NCBI GenBank assembly: GCA_947584415.1
Contig: CANPWN010000004.1
Span: 22,110-86,109 of the forward strand
Length of the DNA: 64,000 bases
Reading direction: 5' to 3'
DNA from: an uncultured Clostridia bacterium
GTDB taxonomy: Bacteria; Bacillota; Clostridia; Christensenellales; UBA1242
Shown: positions 39,189 through 48,515 of the stretch, one piece after another
Position numbering within the stretch: position 1 is the stretch's first letter
Layout: each line of letters opens with the position of its first letter
Position numbers and translations under genes: made by a program
Notes under the pieces: generated by a model
The model's input: only the letters and a program-made list of their open reading frames with translations
Told to the model about the DNA's origin: nothing
Databases searched by the model: none

Positions 39189-39198
39189 AAATTGATAC

Positions 39199-39227
39199 AA
39201 AAAAACCTCCGAAATGGAGGCTTTTTG
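39199..39227. terminator. Bidirectional intrinsic terminator
   Basis: CCTCC (39206-39210) pairs with GGAGG (39216-39220), flanked by an A-run and a T-run. Confidence 0.7.
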
Positions 39228-39617
39228 TTATGCTTGAAGCATTGGGGCTGTAATCATTGGCCCTATTGGAGAGTTGGTGGTCATGTTTGCAATAAAAAGT
39301 GCAATTTGTGAAACTATTGCTCTGCAAATTGGAGTTTTCTTAAAATATTCTGCTGGGTTTGCAAGTTGGTCATAATATTTCTTATCAACCAAAACATCTG
39401 CACTCATTTCCACATAAAGTTTGAAAAGTCGCTCAGGGTTGGACACAGCACTTCTTGCAATGGTCACCCTTGCAATTTCGTCACTTAAAAGTTTAACTGT
39501 TATTTCATCTGTGATTTGAATGTTCACTGATTCACCATTTGCAGGTGGCGTAACTCTCTCATATTCTGCACGGTCAAGCATTGTTTTAATGTTCATGTTC
39601 TTGATTACATTTTCCAT
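39228..39617 (-). CDS. Hypothetical protein (129 aa)
   Basis: GGAGA lies upstream of the start. No family was confidently recognised. Confidence 0.5.
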   Translation of the reverse strand: MENVIKNMNIKTMLDRAEYERVTPPANGESVNIQITDEITVKLLSDEIARVTIARSAVSNPERLFKLYVEMSADVLVDKKYYDQLANPAEYFKKTPICRAIVSQIALFIANMTTNSPIGPMITAPMLQA

Positions 39618-39760
39618 TTTTTATCTCCTTGTTTTTCAATATTACCATATTTGCCTTTTTTTTGCAAATCATTAAACTCTTTTTTTAATTATAAAGCAAT
39701 ATTTCGATTTTTTTAGACAAAATGTTTTACTTTAAACGCTTGATTTGTTAAAATATTGCC

Positions 39761-40891
39761 ATGAAAAAGTTGGGCAGAAATCTTTTTATCATCATCCCGT
39801 GTTTTCTTGTTTTGATTGCAGCAGTGGTTGTAATGTGTGTTTTATTTATACCGAATGGCGAAAAGGATATGACGCTGGATGTTAAAGATGTTGTTGTCGT
39901 GCAGGGCGAAAGCAAGCAAATTGAAATTCAGTGCAGTAACCCAAACGCAAAAATTGAATTTGATATTTATGATGATTTGATTGCGTCTGTTTCCGAAAAT
40001 AAAGTTTTTGGCATTAAAATTGGCACAACAAAAATGCGTGTGACTGCAAGTTATAACGATGCGCGGGCGGTGAGCATTGTCACAATTAAAGTCACAGAAA
40101 ATTTCTCCAAGCCGCTTGTTGACTTGCCGGAAAGCGTTGAGTTATTTTTGTTAGATAAAAATATTGAACAAGCCAATAATGATGGTTATTTCAATAAAAT
40201 TATGTTTGAAACCTTCCGCCCGCACACTGTCAGCGGCGAAGAAGGAATTGTAAAGGTCGAAAACGGCTCAATCACGGCGCTCAAAGTTGGCACAACCACA
40301 CTCATATTCAATAGCACCACAACAACTGACGCATATTCTGTTAAAGTCACAGTCGGGGCAGTAACGCCTAAAATTGTATGTGAAGAGCAAGTTGAAATGT
40401 TCGCAAAGGAAGAACATAAAATAAGTTACTCTTTCTTGCCAAGTTATTACACGGGTGACATACCTAAGGTTGAGTTTACTTGCTCGTCAAATTTGGTTTC
40501 TTTCAGTGAGGATGTCATGACCGCAAATCACAGCGGCACATGTGTGGTTGATGTGCTTGTTGGCGATGAAAAGCAGGCAGAAATCAATGTGACAATCAAA
40601 ATCTTATTTGATTACAACATTGAGCCAAATAGAAGCGGGGCAAACTGCAAGTATGAAAATGGATGTTTAATGGTTTTAAGAGGTGAAAAGGCGAGGTTTA
40701 CAATTGAGGTCACCGCACTAAAGGGCAGTTTAAATTCTGACGAGTGGAGTGTTAGAAGTGACGACTTTGTTTGCACGCGAGAGGTCGCTTTCATAACATT
40801 GACTGCATTAAATGATGGTGAAATTGAAATTTATTCTGACACGCTTGTTTCAAGCGTGACAATCAAAGTGATTATTGTTGAAAGTTTATAA
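39761..40891 (+). CDS. Membrane-anchored protein with Big_2-like Ig domains
   Basis: N-terminal TM. Repeated patterns VVVVQGESKQIEI..GTTKMRVTA and GTTTLIFNS. Confidence 0.6.
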   Translation: MKKLGRNLFIIIPCFLVLIAAVVVMCVLFIPNGEKDMTLDVKDVVVVQGESKQIEIQCSNPNAKIEFDIYDDLIASVSENKVFGIKIGTTKMRVTASYNDARAVSIVTIKVTENFSKPLVDLPESVELFLLDKNIEQANNDGYFNKIMFETFRPHTVSGEEGIVKVENGSITALKVGTTTLIFNSTTTTDAYSVKVTVGAVTPKIVCEEQVEMFAKEEHKISYSFLPSYYTGDIPKVEFTCSSNLVSFSEDVMTANHSGTCVVDVLVGDEKQAEINVTIKILFDYNIEPNRSGANCKYENGCLMVLRGEKARFTIEVTALKGSLNSDEWSVRSDDFVCTREVAFITLTALNDGEIEIYSDTLVSSVTIKVIIVESL

Positions 40892-40918
40892 AAAAAGCCG
40901 CAAAAATGCGGTTTTTTT

Positions 40919-40995
40919 TGGTAGCGGCAGCTGGGTTTGAACCAGCGACCTTGCGGGTATGAACCGCACGCTCTAGCCAACTGAGCTATGCCGCC
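40919..40995 (-). tRNA. tRNA-Met (CAT), elongator type
   Basis: GGCGGCATAGCTCAGTTGGCTAGAGCGTGCGGTTCATACCCGCAAGGTCGCTGGTTCAAACCCAGCTGCCGCTACCA. There is no initiator-type 1:72 mismatch. A promoter lies upstream: TTGACA (41039-41044) and TATAAT (41015-41020). Confidence 0.9.
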
Positions 40996-41113
40996 AAAAC
41001 TTAAGTGCGAACTCATTATATCTTTTTTTTGATGGTCTTGTCAATAGATTTAAGGCAATTTGCTTGTAAAGGTGGCATAATTTTGATATAATTATTGCGT
41101 AAAGGAGTTTAAA

Positions 41114-41539
41114 ATGATATTAGAAAAAATCAAAGCAGCAAACATTCAATCAATCAAAGATAAAGACACAACAGCAAGGGCATTATACAGCGTGCTGTTA
41201 AACAAAATTAAACTTGAAGAGATAAACAAACGCCAATCTGGTGGCGAACTTAAAGATGGAGATGTTGCAGCTATTTTGCAAAAAACAGCAAAGGAACTCA
41301 ATGAAGAGAGAGAAAACTATCTTAAAGTTTCAAACGCGCAAATGGCAGAAAACATTGCAAAACAGATTGCACTTGTTGAAAGTTATCTTCCAAAAATGCT
41401 CAGTGAGGGGGAGATAAGAAAAATCATTTCGTCACTCAGTGACAAGTCTTTGCCAAATGTTATGAAACATTTTAAGTTGAATTTTCAAGGGCAATGTGAC
41501 ATGCGTCTTGTCAGTGAAATTGCCAAAGGTATGCAATGA
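41114..41539 (+). CDS. GatB/YqeY-domain protein
   Basis: 141 aa. The N-terminus (IKAANIQSIKDKDTTARALYSVLLNKIK) is YqeY-like. Confidence 0.7.
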   Translation: MILEKIKAANIQSIKDKDTTARALYSVLLNKIKLEEINKRQSGGELKDGDVAAILQKTAKELNEERENYLKVSNAQMAENIAKQIALVESYLPKMLSEGEIRKIISSLSDKSLPNVMKHFKLNFQGQCDMRLVSEIAKGMQ

Positions 41540-42234
41540 AAATTTTTGCCATAGGAGATTTGCATCTTTCTGTCAACAATCCAAAGCCAATGGATATTTT
41601 TGGCCCTCAATGGGATGGATATTTGGACAAAATCATTGCTGCTTGGAAACAAGAGGTGGGTGAAGATGACCTGGTTTTGTTGCCAGGTGATTTTTCATGG
41701 GCAATGCGACTTGATGATGCAAAGGCGGACTTTGACATCATCAAAGACTTGCCCGGCAAAAAGATTATCATACGCGGCAACCATGATTATTGGTGGTCAT
41801 CAATTTCTGCTGTTAGAGGGCAACTGCCAAAGGATGTTTATGCAATTCAAAATGATGCAATGAAGTTTGGAGATTACATCATTTGTGGCACGCGTGGATG
41901 GAGTGTGCCAGAGCCTAATGCAGAAGTGAAGGCAGAGGATGAAAAGATTTTTAAGCGCGAAGTTATCCGTTTAGATTTGACTTTGCAGGCAGCAAAAAAA
42001 CTTCAAACAAATGGCGAGAAAATTGTTTGCATGATGCATTATCCACCATGTAATTTCAAAAGGCAAAAAAGTGAATTTACAAAACTTATTGAACAGTATG
42101 GCGTGTCATGTGTTGTGTTTGGACATTTGCACGGATATAAAAAAATTGAAACCCAATTTAACATAGAAAATGTCAAATATTATTTGGTTTCATGTGATAT
42201 TGTTGAAAACAAATTGACAAAAATTGAAGTTTAA
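41536..42234 (+). CDS. Metallophosphoesterase
   Basis: GDLHL, GDFSW, GNHDYWW and GHLH motifs. Confidence 0.75.
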   Translation: MKIFAIGDLHLSVNNPKPMDIFGPQWDGYLDKIIAAWKQEVGEDDLVLLPGDFSWAMRLDDAKADFDIIKDLPGKKIIIRGNHDYWWSSISAVRGQLPKDVYAIQNDAMKFGDYIICGTRGWSVPEPNAEVKAEDEKIFKREVIRLDLTLQAAKKLQTNGEKIVCMMHYPPCNFKRQKSEFTKLIEQYGVSCVVFGHLHGYKKIETQFNIENVKYYLVSCDIVENKLTKIEV

Positions 42235-42303
42235 AGGCAGTTTATTAAGTAAATAATTGACTTAACGCAAATTTTAGTGTAAAATAATGCTTACGGAGAA
42301 AAA

Positions 42304-43698
42304 ATGAAAAAATGGCTTAAAGGAGCATTGTTGGTTGCCGGCATTATTGGAACATTTTCATTAACGCTTGCAGGGTGTCACACAAAAGCACCATTTTCCA
42401 ACTCTAGCGAAGATATTTTGTTTAATGGTGGCGTGGTTTCAGTTGTCGGAGAGCACATCATTTTTTCGAACTCATACAAAGATGACAATATCACATCTAT
42501 GGATGGTTATAACGAATTTGCAAAATCAACATATCTTGCTTACACAGATTTTGATGACATCACGGACAAATATACTTCACCAAATGTTAACAAAATAAAA
42601 GGCGAAGTCACCGGTTTTTCAAATATGTATAGTTTTGTTTATGGCAACAGCGTTTATTACGCTTCACCAAACAAACATCAGACATCTTCAAACCAAAATG
42701 TTTTCACTTATGTATCTTTCTTTAAAAGCAATTTTGGTGGAGGGGACACAAAAGAACTTTTCACAACCGGCCAGTATGACGGGACAAAGGCAGTTGTTCG
42801 CGCTTTGCAACACAATAATCACGCATATCTCATTGTTTGGGATGGTGCGTCAGCCCTTAGGTTTGTCAATCTTGACACCTCGGAAGTGACAAAAATTGCG
42901 GATGGTGTGACAAGTGTTGCAGTTCCTCGCGAAAAAGAAACAGAGTGGAACGGTGCTATTTATTACACAAAAAATAAAACGGACTCTTACACAGACGGTA
43001 ATGATGTTTTCAGATATGAACTCGCAACCAAAAAAGGCAAAAAATTTGATAATAACAGCGGCTACACATTCACATTTGTTGGCAGAACTGAAGATGATGT
43101 TTTTTACACCATAACTGAAGTGCTTTCAAGCGGTAAAAGCACAAGCGGCCAAAACACGAGCGTTTCAAAAACTTGCATGGCAACTGCCCAAGATTTGGAC
43201 AAATACACCCCCACCACAGCAGGAAAAGAATTTTATAGCAGCAGCACTGTTTCAAATGTTTACAGGATTGGAAACAATGGAATGGACAAGTATGAGGGTT
43301 ACATTTTCACTTCCTCACTTTCCGGAGATGCGCAAGTTATATATCATAGCCTGGAGGACAACTCCAACACACTTTTGCTTGAAAAAAATGCTTTCTCAAA
43401 CATCCTTTTCACCTATGCAGATTTGGTTTATTACTCAACTTCAGACGGCATATCTTACAAGAGTGTTGCAACAGGTGAAACAAAAGTTGTTGTTTCAGGC
43501 ATGACAATTGTTGCAGATAAAGTTGGCTATGATTACTATGAAAATGGCGACCTTAGAAACATCTTCTTCTATGCTGAAAGGGTGTATGCCGAAGATGATG
43601 AAACTCCAACAGAGGAGAGGGATACAAACAAGTATCTTTACATGAAAGACGCCATGCTTGATGACAGCGTTCGTCTTGTGGGGAAAACTGTCAAATAA
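42304..43698 (+). CDS. Lipoprotein with beta-propeller-like repeats (DUF5050-like)
   Basis: Lipobox LTLAGC. Recurrent motifs of the type ..VYYAS.., ..IYYTK.., ..LVYYST... Confidence 0.55.
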   Translation: MKKWLKGALLVAGIIGTFSLTLAGCHTKAPFSNSSEDILFNGGVVSVVGEHIIFSNSYKDDNITSMDGYNEFAKSTYLAYTDFDDITDKYTSPNVNKIKGEVTGFSNMYSFVYGNSVYYASPNKHQTSSNQNVFTYVSFFKSNFGGGDTKELFTTGQYDGTKAVVRALQHNNHAYLIVWDGASALRFVNLDTSEVTKIADGVTSVAVPREKETEWNGAIYYTKNKTDSYTDGNDVFRYELATKKGKKFDNNSGYTFTFVGRTEDDVFYTITEVLSSGKSTSGQNTSVSKTCMATAQDLDKYTPTTAGKEFYSSSTVSNVYRIGNNGMDKYEGYIFTSSLSGDAQVIYHSLEDNSNTLLLEKNAFSNILFTYADLVYYSTSDGISYKSVATGETKVVVSGMTIVADKVGYDYYENGDLRNIFFYAERVYAEDDETPTEERDTNKYLYMKDAMLDDSVRLVGKTVK

Positions 43699-43868
43699 AA
43701 TGGAAAAATAATCATTAGACGCTAAATGACTTTTTTAGACAAAACTCGGGCATTTTGACCTGAGTTTTTCTTTTATTTTGTCGGTTACATGTGGTAAGTT
43801 AGGGATGTTTCACGCAATTCGTTGAAAAATTGGTTATTTCCAAATTTACATAAAGGAGGTTAAAGAAA

Positions 43869-44636
43869 ATGGAGAAAGCCGCATCAAGCAAAGGAAAAAT
43901 AAGGGTTTATGTCGCAGATAAGGCAGATGACAACCCAGTTGTAACACACTTAAGACAGAGTGAAAAATTTTCGTTAGTGGGGTTCAGTCAAAATGGTGAG
44001 GACGTTTTAAACGATGTGCCTCTGCTCAAACCTGACTTTTTGATTATGGATGTTTTACTTAGCGGTATTGACGGATTTGTCGTGCTTGAAAAACTTAAAG
44101 AGGCAATGAGTGACAACATGCCAAAAGTCATTTTTGTGACAAATCTTTCACACAGCGGTTTTGTCAGCAAAGCCATAAGCGAAGGAGCAAGTTATTTCAT
44201 GGTTAAACCTGTAAAGCCTGAAATTTTGGAAGAGAGGATGTTTGACCTTTTGTTAACTCCAACTGACGCAGTGGCAAACATTTCAGGCAACAGGCAACTT
44301 GATGAAAAAATTTCAAACATTTTTATTTCAATAGGAATTCCTGCTCACATAAAGGGTTATCAATTCTTGAGGGAGGCGGTAAAACTTGCAGTTGAAAAAC
44401 CAGAGATTATTGGCTCAATAACAAAGCAACTTTATCCCACCATTGCGGAAAGATTTGAAACAAGTTCCAGCAAAGTTGAAAGAGGCATGCGCCATGCCAT
44501 TGAGGTTGCATGGAACAGGGGCAAGATTGAAAACATCAACACTTTGTTTGGACTTAAAATTTACAACAGCAATGAAAAGCCAACAAATGGTGAACTCATT
44601 GCACTAATTGCAGACAAAATGATTATGGAAGGATAA
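43869..44636 (+). CDS. spo0A: Sporulation master regulator Spo0A
   Basis: Receiver domain (LIMDVLLSGIDG, MVKP) plus the Spo0A-specific C-terminus (IPAHIKGYQFLREAV..SSKVERGMRHAIEVAWNRG). Confidence 0.9.
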   Translation: MEKAASSKGKIRVYVADKADDNPVVTHLRQSEKFSLVGFSQNGEDVLNDVPLLKPDFLIMDVLLSGIDGFVVLEKLKEAMSDNMPKVIFVTNLSHSGFVSKAISEGASYFMVKPVKPEILEERMFDLLLTPTDAVANISGNRQLDEKISNIFISIGIPAHIKGYQFLREAVKLAVEKPEIIGSITKQLYPTIAERFETSSSKVERGMRHAIEVAWNRGKIENINTLFGLKIYNSNEKPTNGELIALIADKMIMEG

Positions 44637-44680
44637 GAAATTTGTTTGACATAAGTTTGCTTAAAGGATATAATTAAATC

Positions 44681-44986
44681 ATGGAAGTGGGTATGACAGA
44701 GAAGGATAAAACAAGACTTTGGGTATCAAGACTTTTTGGGGTTTTAATCTCCGCAGCGCTGATGGCGTTTTTGGTTTTGTATTATCTCAAACTGATTGAC
44801 AGCAACATGTTCACTTTGGGTATGCTTGGATTTTGCAGCATAATCTTCATTTTATCCGCACAATTTATGAGCGTCAAATCTTCACCTTTTTGGGTTATTT
44901 TCAGTTTGGTGCTGTCAGCAATTTTTGCAATTGGGTTCTTATGTTTCCTCGCTTACATGATTTCAAGCGGAACAATGACCATTTAA
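44681..44986 (+). CDS. Small polytopic membrane protein
   Basis: About 100 aa with 3 hydrophobic helices. The start could be 44681 or 44693. Confidence 0.45.
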   Translation: MEVGMTEKDKTRLWVSRLFGVLISAALMAFLVLYYLKLIDSNMFTLGMLGFCSIIFILSAQFMSVKSSPFWVIFSLVLSAIFAIGFLCFLAYMISSGTMTI

Positions 44987-45012
44987 CTCTTGTTTAAAAG
45001 CAAGAGTTTTTT

Positions 45013-46503
45013 TTATTTGTAGCCTTCAATTTTTTCAATATATCCATATAAAGGCGAACTGCTTTCCATCCACACAATGGTTGCCACGCCGCCATTTTTT
45101 CCGGCCGCTTGATAATATCCCAAATTTGTGAAGTTCAAACTTAGGTAATCTTTTGAAAACGCCAAACAAAATGCAGCATAAGCATTTTGTGAAACAGCAT
45201 AAGGCAAAGTGAAGGACAAAGAGGTCGCCTTAACTGGAACAATATATTGTTGGGCGTTGTTGTTTTGAGTGTTGCTTAAATATATTTTTATATATGAGTA
45301 TTGCCTAAAGTCAGGGGTTATTGCTTTTCCGGCTACAAAACCATTTTGTAAATTAAAGTGTATGAGAGGGTCAGAACTTGTTTTATCATAGAGCAGAATT
45401 GGTGTGTGCTTGTCTTCAAGTGCTTGCAAACGCGTTAATGCGCCATTGTAAAGGGTTCTTAAATCACTGATGCTTGCCTCTATGGATGCAATTTTGTTGG
45501 CTTTCGTTTCAACCGTTGTCATGCGCGAAGTCAAGTCAGTTATGTTTTTTTCGTTGGTTGAAACTTTGGTGTTTAAAGATTTTATGCTTGTTTCATTTGC
45601 ACCGACTTTTGTTGTTAAAGAGGAGATATTTCCTTCGGCGGTGGTCATCTTTGATGAAAGTGAAGAAATGTTGTCCTCAGCACTTTTAAGTCTTGTTGCA
45701 TGCGAAGAAATGTTGTCCTCTGCTGTCTTCATCCGTGTGGAGAGGGAGGAAATGTTGTCTTCCGCTGTCGCCAACTTTGTTGTGTGCGAAGAGATTGTGG
45801 CTTCGGCGGTTTTCATCCTGTTTGTTAACGAGGTGATATTGCCTTCCGCAGTTGTCAGTTTTGTTGTTGCAGAGGAGAGGCTTTCTTCCAAAGTGTCAGT
45901 TTTGGATGTGAGTGAAGAAATGCTCTTTTCATTTGCAGCGACTTTTGTTTTTAAAGAGGCTATGTCAGTTTTGTTTGTGTCAACAGAAGATGAAAGCGTT
46001 GAAACACTTGCGCTTAACTCTTGCAGTGAAGTTGAAAGGTTGCCCACATCTTTTGTTACAGCCGCAATCTTTTCGTTAATCTCTTGTAAAGACTTTGGTA
46101 TGCCATTAACCGCAGTTGTCAGGGTTGCGACATTAGAAGTTAGCGTTTCCACCGAAGAGGAAACATCATTTAATGCGCTTTCAAGGGAAGTTAATTTTGT
46201 ATTGTTTGTTGAAAGTGATATTTCAAGCCCTTCAATTGAGGTTTGTTGCTCTGAAAAATCTTGCTTTAAAGCTTCATAACCTTTGTCAAGTGAGGATATT
46301 TGATTTGTCAAATTCTGCAAATTTTGTTGTGCAGTTTGAACCGCCATCTCTAAGGTGGCAACTTTTTCAGTTATTTTGCTCACAGCACTTGTGTCTATTG
46401 CGTCAAGTTTTTCCTTTAGGGATGGTATATCTTTAGAAATCAGGCTTTTCAGTTCAATTTCCAAAGCGGATATACTCATGTCAAGTTTGTCTAATGGTTT
46501 CAT
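45013..46503 (-). CDS. Coiled-coil, tail-fibre-like protein with 14-residue repeats and a globular C-terminal domain
   Basis: 496 aa with no signal peptide. It carries more than 10 repeats of the type T(K/R)LxTAE(D/G)NISSL. The C-terminal domain is about 130 aa. Confidence 0.7.
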   Translation of the reverse strand: MKPLDKLDMSISALEIELKSLISKDIPSLKEKLDAIDTSAVSKITEKVATLEMAVQTAQQNLQNLTNQISSLDKGYEALKQDFSEQQTSIEGLEISLSTNNTKLTSLESALNDVSSSVETLTSNVATLTTAVNGIPKSLQEINEKIAAVTKDVGNLSTSLQELSASVSTLSSSVDTNKTDIASLKTKVAANEKSISSLTSKTDTLEESLSSATTKLTTAEGNITSLTNRMKTAEATISSHTTKLATAEDNISSLSTRMKTAEDNISSHATRLKSAEDNISSLSSKMTTAEGNISSLTTKVGANETSIKSLNTKVSTNEKNITDLTSRMTTVETKANKIASIEASISDLRTLYNGALTRLQALEDKHTPILLYDKTSSDPLIHFNLQNGFVAGKAITPDFRQYSYIKIYLSNTQNNNAQQYIVPVKATSLSFTLPYAVSQNAYAAFCLAFSKDYLSLNFTNLGYYQAAGKNGGVATIVWMESSSPLYGYIEKIEGYK

Positions 46504-46507
46504 AAAA

Positions 46508-46530
46508 AAACTCCTTTTTTCAAGGAGTTT
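46508..46530 (-). terminator. Hairpin that is both a terminator-like structure and carrier of the downstream SD
   Basis: Minus-strand RNA reads AAACUCCUU-GAAAA-AAGGAGUUU, then UUUU, then AUG 46503. Confidence 0.5.
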
Positions 46531-46536
46531 AACATG

Positions 46537-47139
46537 CTAGTTTTCTGTTTTCAATTTTTTGTGCCGCTTTTTCTTGGTTATGCCAAACAGAATTATGATG
46601 ATTGTCACAATGGCAACTATTGCCATAATTGCAACAATCAGCCCTGGGTTGACGCCATCAGGTTTGACCGCGTCAGTTGACACTTTGCCAAGCAGCACTT
46701 TGCCTTCGTGATAAAATTTGATTGAAAGCGTGTCCAAAGACTTGTCATAGCCTTCATACAAAAACACCCTTGTGCCTTTTTTTAGCGTGCAAATTGGCTT
46801 GTCATCAGTCAGAGACAAAACCTCTGCATCTTGCAACAGTGAAGCGTTGTATCCAATTATCACATCTTGTTCATCAGGTTTTTCGCCAACAATGTCTGCA
46901 GGCACATATCCCTGAATTGCCATTTCATTTTCAACAAATTCAACATGGTAAAAACCATTTGTGATTTCTTCTTCCAGGAGTGTTAGTTGGTCGCCATACT
47001 CAAGTTCTGCAAGTTGAGAGGAGGAGTATGACGCCTCTTCAAATATGCAAGTTGTGTCCGCTAAAACAAAAACTTCCTTATTTGCACCAGCAAGCAAAGG
47101 GGAGAGCATGAGTATAATTGATAAAAGAAACGACTTCAT
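46537..47139 (-). CDS. Secreted SH3b-like domain protein with C-terminal TM anchor
   Basis: Signal peptide MKSFLLSIILMLSPLLAGA. Two SH3b-like segments (..YGDQLTLLEE..GFYHVEF..GYVPADIV). The C-terminus is hydrophobic with a KKKRHKK tail. Confidence 0.55.
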   Translation of the reverse strand: MKSFLLSIILMLSPLLAGANKEVFVLADTTCIFEEASYSSSQLAELEYGDQLTLLEEEITNGFYHVEFVENEMAIQGYVPADIVGEKPDEQDVIIGYNASLLQDAEVLSLTDDKPICTLKKGTRVFLYEGYDKSLDTLSIKFYHEGKVLLGKVSTDAVKPDGVNPGLIVAIMAIVAIVTIIIILFGITKKKRHKKLKTEN

Positions 47140-47226
47140 GCTTTTATTATGTTTCAAACAAAAACTTTTGTCAAATGTATTTAAAAAAGACATGCCAATT
47201 GACATGTCTTTTTGCATTAAAGATTT

Positions 47227-47712
47227 TTACTTAAAAGCGGATGTGTCATCAGGGTGAGTGTTTTTTACTTGTTCTCTAATTTCACGAGTATGCTCTGTTT
47301 CAACAGCACCGTTTTTTAAAAGATATTTTTCAATTTTTGGATGCATATAAAGGCAGGCATAATCCAGCCCAGTGAAGCCTTCATCATCAGTGCAATTGAC
47401 AAATTTGATACTATAAGGTGTCTTCTTATATCTTCGAACATACATTTTTACTTCATCATAAATGCCATTTTGGCATGCTCTTAAAAAGTCGTGTTCAATC
47501 ATTTTTTGGCCTAAGGATGAATCAGAAGAACCAACATCGTCCATCCTGCTTTTTCTAAGGCCATCCGCGGACGGAATATCATCAGAATCCATATATGTTT
47601 CCGCAGCTTCCGCCCATTTAAGAGCTTGTTCAAACAATTCTGGAGAATCCGCATATTTACTTACATGATACTTGCGACTTTTCAATGAGTGTCTTGAAGG
47701 GTCTTTTGCCAT
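47227..47712 (-). CDS. Ankyrin-repeat-containing protein
   Basis: FLRACQNGIYDEVKMYV..VNCTDDEGFTGLDYACLYMHPKIEKYLLKNGA matches the ANK consensus. Confidence 0.55.
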   Translation of the reverse strand: MAKDPSRHSLKSRKYHVSKYADSPELFEQALKWAEAAETYMDSDDIPSADGLRKSRMDDVGSSDSSLGQKMIEHDFLRACQNGIYDEVKMYVRRYKKTPYSIKFVNCTDDEGFTGLDYACLYMHPKIEKYLLKNGAVETEHTREIREQVKNTHPDDTSAFK

Positions 47713-47822
47713 TTTTATCTCCTTTACACTTTATTTTAGCACATTATAACAAATTTTGCAATACTAAAATGCTTTTTTTTGTTTAAATGATGATGAATTT
47801 AGTTTTCCTAAATTTTTATTTT

Positions 47823-48326
47823 TTAAACGAATTCTTCTTTTTCAGAAAAGTTTTTTATTCCAAGTTTTTCTTTTGCGATTTTGACAGCACCGCGAACTTG
47901 ACTTTCTCCAACCTTGCCCCAATTTAACAGCTGAATAGCTCGCTCGGGGGTTGTGAGCAGCCTGTCATACATTTGTCCGCCATCAGGGTCTGGTTTTTTC
48001 TCGCCAATCTTATCTATCACCGCCACCATCCTTAATTGTGCATAAGGTTTGATGCCACCGCCTTCATTTACCAACTGATATCCAATCACATGAACATTGC
48101 CTTTTAAAGTTGTGTTAACTTCTTCCACGCACTCTCTTCTTAAAGTGGCGACAACATCTTTGTCAAACTTTTCGGGAGTTCCTCCTGCAAGAGAATAGTT
48201 TATTTTGCCGTTTGAAACTTCTCTGCGAAGTAATAGCCTTCCGTCTTCAGTAAAAAGAAGTCCGTAAACTTGTTTGATTTGAAGGTCTTTTGGCACAGGG
48301 CCATCAACCCATGTAAAAATGTCCAT
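47823..48326 (-). CDS. NUDIX hydrolase
   Basis: Nudix box GGTPEKFDKDVVATLRRECVEEVN. GGGAGA precedes ATG 48326. Confidence 0.8.
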   Translation of the reverse strand: MDIFTWVDGPVPKDLQIKQVYGLLFTEDGRLLLRREVSNGKINYSLAGGTPEKFDKDVVATLRRECVEEVNTTLKGNVHVIGYQLVNEGGGIKPYAQLRMVAVIDKIGEKKPDPDGGQMYDRLLTTPERAIQLLNWGKVGESQVRGAVKIAKEKLGIKNFSEKEEFV

Positions 48327-48515
48327 AATTATCTCCCTTGATAATTTTAATATATCACAAAAAACCTTGCGAAACAAATTGTCTGATATTTAAGTACGAA
48401 AAAGCGTTTTAAATACAATAAATGCTTGTTCTTATTTCTTCTGGTTCTTGCCACGATGGACCGGGTGTCAAGTTAGGGCGGCAGTAAATTAAAAAAGCAT
48501 ATCAAAGTGATATGC

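Noticed and set aside
43869-44636. Apparent 3-residue insertion in the Spo0A acidic pocket (VADKADDN versus the usual VADDN).
   Set aside because: The phospho-acceptor Asp, the Thr/Ser and the Lys positions look intact. Without an alignment this may be ordinary lineage variation.
45470-46279. 269-aa ORF on the + strand antisense to the coiled-coil gene (also 45474-45689 and 46173-46436).
   Set aside because: It is a by-product of the periodic, low-complexity codon repeats of the minus-strand gene. It has no SD, a Ser/Val/Phe-rich nonsense composition, and lies entirely within a much better gene.
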